This document shows, piece by piece, positions 27,104-32,000 of a stretch of 32,000 nucleotides of DNA. The stretch comes from Delftia acidovorans NBRC 14950 (GTDB lineage Bacteria; Pseudomonadota; Gammaproteobacteria; Burkholderiales; Burkholderiaceae_C): assembly GCF_001598795.1 (NCBI RefSeq), contig NZ_BCZP01000003.1, positions 1 through 32,000 on the forward strand, read 5' to 3'. The notes under the pieces are model-generated. The model ran no database searches. It saw only the letters and a program-made list of their open reading frames with translations, and had not been told where the DNA came from. Positions within the stretch are counted from its first letter, which is position 1. The number at the start of each line of letters is the position of its first letter. The position numbers and the translations under genes are program-made.

Positions 27104-28078
27104 TCAGCCCTCCACCCTGATTCCGCGCGCCTGGATCAGCCGGGCCCACTTCGCCCGTTCATCGCGCATGAAGGCGTCAAAGCGCTGCGGCGTCCCCCCT
27201 CCATCCTCTGCGCCGAACTCTTCGAGCTTGGCCACCACATCGGGCATGGCCAGGATGCGGTTGACGTCCGCATTGATGCGGGCCACCAGATCGGCGGGCA
27301 TTCTTGCGGGGCCCACCAGGCCGAACCAGATGCTCGCGTTGAACCCGGAATAGCCCTGCTCCGCCACGGTGGGAATCTCCGCGAAGGCCTTGGCGCGCTT
27401 CATTCCCGTCTGAGCCACGGCATGGACTTTTCCGCCCTTGATGAAGGGCGCCGCCGTGGTCATCCCCTCGAACGCGTAGTCGATCTGGCCGCCCAGCAGA
27501 TCCGTCATCACGTTCGACGCGCCCTTGTACGGGATATGGAGCGCGGACACCGCCGCAGTCTGCTCGAACAGCGCCAGCGCAAGGTGCTGGGCCGACCCCG
27601 TGCCCGAGGAGCCGAAGCTGACCTCCCCCGGCTTTTGCTTCAATGCGGCCAGCAGGCCCTGCATGGTGGCGGAAGCCTTGGGGCTGGCAACCAGGACCTG
27701 CGGGGTCTGGCCCACCAGGGCGATGGCGGAGAAGTCCCGCTCCGGCGAGAAGCCGAGCCTGGGGTTGAGCGCAGGGGCAATGCCCAGGGCATTGATGTGG
27801 CCCATCATGAGCGTCTGCCCATCGGGCGCGGCCCTGGCGGCCTCGGCAGCGGCAATCAGCCCCGCCGCCCCTGGCCGGTTCTCGACGATGACGGGAATGG
27901 CCCACAGCTGGTTGAGCCGGTTGGCGATGATCCGCGCCAGGATGTCCGTGCCGCCGCCTGCCGAGAAGCCGACGAGGATTTTGACCGGGCCCGCCGGCGG
28001 CCTGGCCTGTGCAAAGCCCGGATGGGCATGCAGGGCGGTGGCTGCGGCGGCCGAGGTCAGGAACTGTCTGCGTTGCAT
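27104..28078 (-). CDS. Bug-family (TctC-like) tripartite tricarboxylate transporter substrate-binding protein
   Basis: Tat-like signal MQRRQFLTSAAAATALHA, then the Bug signature VKILVGFSAGGGTDILARIIANRL...VENRPGAAG. Confidence 0.88.
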   Translation of the reverse strand: MQRRQFLTSAAAATALHAHPGFAQARPPAGPVKILVGFSAGGGTDILARIIANRLNQLWAIPVIVENRPGAAGLIAAAEAARAAPDGQTLMMGHINALGIAPALNPRLGFSPERDFSAIALVGQTPQVLVASPKASATMQGLLAALKQKPGEVSFGSSGTGSAQHLALALFEQTAAVSALHIPYKGASNVMTDLLGGQIDYAFEGMTTAAPFIKGGKVHAVAQTGMKRAKAFAEIPTVAEQGYSGFNASIWFGLVGPARMPADLVARINADVNRILAMPDVVAKLEEFGAEDGGGTPQRFDAFMRDERAKWARLIQARGIRVEG

Positions 28079-28113
28079 GGCTTGTCTCCTTGGATGATGG
28101 GCTGGCGGCGGTC

Positions 28114-29238
28114 TTACGCCACCGAGGTCCAGCGGCCGAACCGGGACACCTGCGCCTCGTCGAAATTGAAGCCGAGCCCCGGCGTCTGGTGCAGCACGAC
28201 ACGGCCCTTTTCCTGCGCCAGCTGGCGGTCCAGCAGGCGGCGGAAGTTCAGCACCTGGTCATCCCAGAAGAACTCGACATAGCGCGCATTGGGGGTCGCG
28301 GCCACCAGCGGCGCGTGCACATCGTGAAACCAGTGCGGACACATCTGCAGCCCATAGCCAGCGGCCATGGCGGCAATGCGCTTCCACTCGGTAATGCCCC
28401 CGCAGACTGCGGCGTCGGTCTGCAGGATGGATGCGGCGCCCATGTCGAGCAGATGCTTGTGGTACCAGCGGCCATAGCCGATTTCCGCGGTGGCCACGGG
28501 AATGCGGGTGAGCTTTGCCAGGCGGGCGTGGCTTTCGACATCGTCGGGGCTGAACGGCTCCTCGATGAAATAGGGGTCGTATGCCTCCATGCGGCGCAGG
28601 TACTGCATGGCCTGCACGGTGTCCACCCAGCCGTTGTTGCAGTCCAGCATGAGCTCCACGTCCGGGCCGATGGCCTCGCGCGCCGCCTTCACGCGCGACT
28701 CCTCGCCCTGGGGCGACCAGCGGCCGGTCTTCATCTTCACGGCCTGAAAGCCCAGCTCGACATAGCCGGCCATCTCCTCGCCGACATGGCCGGCGGTCTT
28801 GCCGTCCACGTAGTAGCCGCCGCTGGCATAGGCCGGCACCGTGTCCAGCTCCACCGCGCCCAGGTACTTGTGCAACGGCATCTGGGCGGTGCGGGCATTG
28901 AGATCCCACAGCGCAATGTCGAGTGCGCTCAGTGCGCGCATCACGGTGCCCATGCGGCCTTGCAGCAGCGCCTCCTGGTACATCTCCTTCCACAGCCCTT
29001 CGACGGCCAGGCAATCGCGGCCCAGCAGCACAGGACCGAGCAGTTGCTCGACCGCGACGCGGAACAGCTCGCCCGCCGCATTGCCCACATAGCAAAAGCC
29101 GATGCCTTCGACGCCGTCGCTGCTGCGGACCTTGACCAGTCCGTAGTGGCGGTCGACCACGGTGCGGTTCGACAGATAGGTGACCTTGTCCAGCGGCACG
29201 CGGGCAACGCAGACTTCAATGGATTCGATGAGGGGCAT
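28114..29238 (-). CDS. Enolase-superfamily enzyme, mandelate racemase/muconate lactonizing subgroup (probable acid-sugar or related dehydratase)
   Basis: KxK motif (AVKMKTG), metal ligands in LMLDCNNGW, FIEEPF and ATAEI, and a C-terminal His in CPHWFHD. AGGAG-type RBS before ATG 29238. Confidence 0.85.
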   Translation of the reverse strand: MPLIESIEVCVARVPLDKVTYLSNRTVVDRHYGLVKVRSSDGVEGIGFCYVGNAAGELFRVAVEQLLGPVLLGRDCLAVEGLWKEMYQEALLQGRMGTVMRALSALDIALWDLNARTAQMPLHKYLGAVELDTVPAYASGGYYVDGKTAGHVGEEMAGYVELGFQAVKMKTGRWSPQGEESRVKAAREAIGPDVELMLDCNNGWVDTVQAMQYLRRMEAYDPYFIEEPFSPDDVESHARLAKLTRIPVATAEIGYGRWYHKHLLDMGAASILQTDAAVCGGITEWKRIAAMAAGYGLQMCPHWFHDVHAPLVAATPNARYVEFFWDDQVLNFRRLLDRQLAQEKGRVVLHQTPGLGFNFDEAQVSRFGRWTSVA

Positions 29239-29344
29239 GTGCTCTCCTGACATGGTTTGGAAGCGGGAACGAGCGAACTTTGCGCTTCAGGAGATCTGCA
29301 ACAAAGATGGTGTCCCATGGTTCAGATGACGCAAAATGCGTCGC

Positions 29345-30211
29345 ATGGATTCGCGCTTTCTCCAGAGCTTCATTGCCGTCGTGGACTGCGGCTCGATGGC
29401 CGACGCCGCGCGCAGGCTGGACCTGCCGCCCACCACCGTGGCCCAGCAGATGCGTGCGCTGGAGGCCGACGTGGGCTGCGCACTGCTCACGCGGGTGGGC
29501 CGGACGGTGCGGCTCACCGTCGTTGGCGCCCGGATCGTGGAGCATGCGCGGGAGGTGCTCAAATCCGTGGAGAACCTGAGGTCGGCCGCATCGGCCACCG
29601 AGCTTCCCGCAGGCCCATTGAGGCTGGGGGCAACGCCCACGGCGCTGATGGGCCTGGTGCCCCCGCTGCTGCGCCGGTGGATGAGCGCCCATCCGGCCGT
29701 GCGCGTCTACATCGAACCCGGCACCTCCTCACTGCTGCTGGACCAGGTGCAGGCCGGCCATCTGGATGCGGCCATCCTTGTGCACCCGGCCTTCGCCATG
29801 CCCAAGACCTGCGAATGGCGGCTGATGCGCAGCGAGGCGCTGATTCTTCTCGCGCCCCGGGACATGAAGGTGCGCGATCCGCTGCTCACGGCCGCACGCG
29901 AGCCCTTCATCCAGTACGACCGCAAGGTGGTGGCAGGAAAAATGGCGGATGAATACCTGCGGGGCCACGGCATCAAGCCAAAGGTCCGCTTCGAGCTGGA
30001 CGGCATCGAGCAGATCGCACAGCTGGTTGCGGAAGGCTTCGGTGTCTCCATCCTGCCGGACTGGCCCGTGCTGGGACCGCCGGATGCCAGAACGCGCCGA
30101 TGGCCGCTGCCCCCTCCGAGCCCGTCCCGCGAAGTGGGCATGGTGTGGCTGCGCTCTTCGGTGCGCTCCCCTCTGGCAGCCGCCTTGTCCGAGCTGATCG
30201 ACCACCACTAG
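29345..30211 (+). CDS. LysR-family transcriptional regulator
   Basis: MDSRFLQSFIAVVDCGSMADAARRLDLPPTTVAQQMRALE HTH. Divergent from the enolase-superfamily gene. Start is ATG 29345 or 29336. Confidence 0.85.
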   Translation: MDSRFLQSFIAVVDCGSMADAARRLDLPPTTVAQQMRALEADVGCALLTRVGRTVRLTVVGARIVEHAREVLKSVENLRSAASATELPAGPLRLGATPTALMGLVPPLLRRWMSAHPAVRVYIEPGTSSLLLDQVQAGHLDAAILVHPAFAMPKTCEWRLMRSEALILLAPRDMKVRDPLLTAAREPFIQYDRKVVAGKMADEYLRGHGIKPKVRFELDGIEQIAQLVAEGFGVSILPDWPVLGPPDARTRRWPLPPPSPSREVGMVWLRSSVRSPLAAALSELIDHH

Positions 30212-30248
30212 CTGACCCGGCCCTGGCCGGGGCCTGTGCCGCCGGGAC

Positions 30249-31388
30249 TCAGAACAGGCTGCGTTGCGCCAGCAGCAGCGAAGGGTGGTAGAGACTGCAA
30301 TCGAGCCGCAGCGGCTCGCGGTTGAACCCGTACCGACGGCAGGCCAGCGCGAAGCGCTGGCGCAGCAGCTCGGCCCAGTGGCCCGTGCCCTTCATGCGCT
30401 GGCCGAACTCGGCGTTGTACACGCGGCCGGCCTCGCGCTGCTCGCCCTGGATGCCGTGCAGGTCGCGCACGCGCTCCATCACGCGGCGGGCGCGGTCGGG
30501 GTAGTGCACCTGCAGCCATTGCTCGAACAGCGGCGCCACTTCCCAGGGCAGGCGCAGCACGGCATAGAAGGCATGGCGCGCGCCTGCGTCGGCGGCCGCC
30601 TCCAGCACCTTCTCCAGGTCTTCGTTGATGAAGGGAATCTGCGGTGCCAGGCTCACGCCCACGGGCACGCCCGCCTCGGTCAGCGCGCGGATGCTGCGCA
30701 GCCGGCGGTGCGGCGCGGCGGCGCGCGGCTCCAGGTGGCGTGCCAGGTCAGCGTCCAGCGTGGTCAGCGTGATGTGCACCGAGGCCAGGCCCTGGCGCGC
30801 CAGCGGGGCCAGCAGGTCCAGGTCACGCTCCACCCCGCTGCCCTTGGTGACGATGGAAAACGGGTGGCGCGCCTCGGCCAGCACTTCGATCAGGCGGCGC
30901 GTCAGCCCCAGCTCGCGCTCCACGGGCTGGTAGCAGTCGGTGACCGAGCCCAGCATCACGGGCGCGGCCACATGGCTGGCGCGCGACAGCTCGGCGCGCA
31001 GCAGCTCGGGCAGGTTCTGCTTGGCGATGAGCCGGGTCTCGAAGTCCAGCCCTGGCGACCAGCCCAGGTAGCTGTGCGTGGGCCGGGCATAGCAATAGAT
31101 GCAGCCGTGCTCGCACCCCCGGTAGGGATTGAGCCCCATGTGAAACGGCAGGTCGGGCGACTGGTGGCGGCTCAGCGCCGAGCGGGCCTGCTCCCAGCGC
31201 AGTTCGGTGCGCAGGGGCGCGGCTTCCTCGCCTTCGGCAGGCGCCTCAAGGCTGCCCCAGCCGTCATCGAACGCCTCGCGCGGGTCGGTGGTGAAGCGGT
31301 GGGCCAGCTGGCTGGCTGCGCCCCGGCCCTTGATGGCGTGCAGGGGAATGAAGGCCGGCTCCGGAGAGAGGTCTGGGTTGGCGCGCAT
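30249..31388 (-). CDS. Radical SAM protein, PA0069 / SplB-like 'DNA repair photolyase' family (COG1533)
   Basis: CxxxCxxC cluster motif CEHGCIYC preceded by NPYRG. 379 aa. GGAG lies about 8 nt upstream of ATG 31388. A LexA box lies 27 nt upstream. Confidence 0.85.
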   Translation of the reverse strand: MRANPDLSPEPAFIPLHAIKGRGAASQLAHRFTTDPREAFDDGWGSLEAPAEGEEAAPLRTELRWEQARSALSRHQSPDLPFHMGLNPYRGCEHGCIYCYARPTHSYLGWSPGLDFETRLIAKQNLPELLRAELSRASHVAAPVMLGSVTDCYQPVERELGLTRRLIEVLAEARHPFSIVTKGSGVERDLDLLAPLARQGLASVHITLTTLDADLARHLEPRAAAPHRRLRSIRALTEAGVPVGVSLAPQIPFINEDLEKVLEAAADAGARHAFYAVLRLPWEVAPLFEQWLQVHYPDRARRVMERVRDLHGIQGEQREAGRVYNAEFGQRMKGTGHWAELLRQRFALACRRYGFNREPLRLDCSLYHPSLLLAQRSLF

Positions 31389-31412
31389 GGGGTTCGCTCC
31401 CGCAACGATGAA

Positions 31413-31432
31413 TACTGTACAAACATACAGAT
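31413..31432. promoter_or_regulatory. LexA (SOS) box, taCTGTacaaacatACAGat
   Basis: CTGT (31415-31418) - N8 - ACAG (31427-31430) with an AT-rich spacer, matching the beta/gammaproteobacterial consensus CTGT-N8-ACAG. It lies between the divergent radical-SAM and GNAT genes. Confidence 0.75.
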
Positions 31433-31459
31433 CATAGCTGCGCAGCAGCCCGTTATCCA
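31431..31459 (-). promoter_or_regulatory. Putative sigma70 promoter for the radical SAM gene (-35 TGGATA, 17-bp spacer, -10 TATGAT) abutting the LexA box
   Basis: On the minus strand, TGGATA (31459-31454), a 17-nt spacer, then TATGAT (31436-31431). The LexA box starts immediately downstream of, and overlaps, the -10. Confidence 0.45.
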
Positions 31460-31483
31460 GAACGATGACAATGCCCCTGATCC

Positions 31484-31936
31484 ATGCCATCCAGACCCAT
31501 GCACCACATCCGCCCTGCCATCGACAGCGACTTCCCGTCCTTGCTGGCCTGCGATCCATATGCCCGCAGCCATGCTGAACGCCAGGCCTTTCTGCGGGAG
31601 AAAACGGCCGCTGGCGCGGTATTGGTGGCCGAGTGGGATGGCTCCGTGTCGGGTTTTGCCGTGCTGGAGCCCGGATTCTTCGGCCATGGGTTCATCTCCC
31701 TCATCGCCGTGGCAGATGCAGCGCGGCGCAGCGGCGTGGCGCTGGCACTGCTGGCGGCGGCCCGGCAGCGCTGCACCACGGACAAGCTCTTTACCTCGAC
31801 CAATGCATCGAACCTGGCCGCGCAGGCGCTGTTCGCCCAGGCGGGCTTTGTGCCCAGCGGGCGCGTGGACAACCTGGACCCCGGCGACCCCGAGCTGATC
31901 TTTTTCAAGGCCCTGGGCAGCACGCGCGCGCAGTAG
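31484..31936 (+). CDS. GNAT-family N-acetyltransferase
   Basis: 150 aa. Acetyl-CoA binding-loop-like segment LIAVADAARRSGVALALLAAA and C-terminal NLAAQALFAQAGFVPSG. Start is ATG 31484 or 31499. Confidence 0.75.
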   Translation: MPSRPMHHIRPAIDSDFPSLLACDPYARSHAERQAFLREKTAAGAVLVAEWDGSVSGFAVLEPGFFGHGFISLIAVADAARRSGVALALLAAARQRCTTDKLFTSTNASNLAAQALFAQAGFVPSGRVDNLDPGDPELIFFKALGSTRAQ

Positions 31937-32000
31937 CGCTCGCAGCAGGCCGCGTCAACCCCACGCCAATCCGCACCGCACCGTGCGGGTTCGCTTGGCA

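Overview
High-G+C (about two-thirds G+C by hand counts) chromosomal segment that looks betaproteobacterial, probably Burkholderiales/Comamonadaceae. That guess rests on gene order, a Bug/TctC-type binding protein and the codon bias, and I could not verify it. Most of the window is core metabolism. (i) A minus-strand TCA-related operon mdh-tam-citE-like-secreted protein-acnB (2470-8567). (ii) A divergent GntR regulator followed by sdhCDAB-sdhE-gltA (8786-14739). (iii) A DEAD-box helicase and a GlxA/AraC regulator with the glutathione-dependent formaldehyde detoxification genes frmA and fghA (16443-21269). (iv) A phosphonate uptake and catabolism operon phnD-phnC-phnE-Fe-ADH-phnX with a divergent LysR regulator (21397-27073). 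(v) A Bug binding protein, an enolase-superfamily enzyme and a LysR regulator (27104-30211). (vi) A radical-SAM (PA0069/SplB-like) gene preceded by a canonical LexA box, divergent from a GNAT acetyltransferase (30249-31936). The clearest accessory element is a ~1.4-kb low-G+C islet (about 49% G+C by hand count) between the gltA terminator and the helicase gene. It encodes a leaderless Amidase_2 (PGRP/AmpD/T7-lysozyme-like) peptidoglycan amidase whose stop codon overlaps (ATGA) the start of a Sec-signal-bearing periplasmic protein. I read this as an orphan cell-wall amidase effector/immunity pair with an atypical amidase core. Second is the phosphonate operon, which has phosphonatase (phnX) and an iron-type alcohol dehydrogenase but no phnW aminotransferase, suggesting a 2-hydroxyethylphosphonate oxidation route. 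Other observations are two families of REP-like intergenic repeats (one supplies the fghA stop codon), a small ORF broken by an in-frame amber codon, a CTAG-rich motif cluster and candidate operators. I found no rRNA, tRNA, CRISPR array, transposase or integrase. All functional calls come from reading the translated ORFs for family motifs; no database search was possible.
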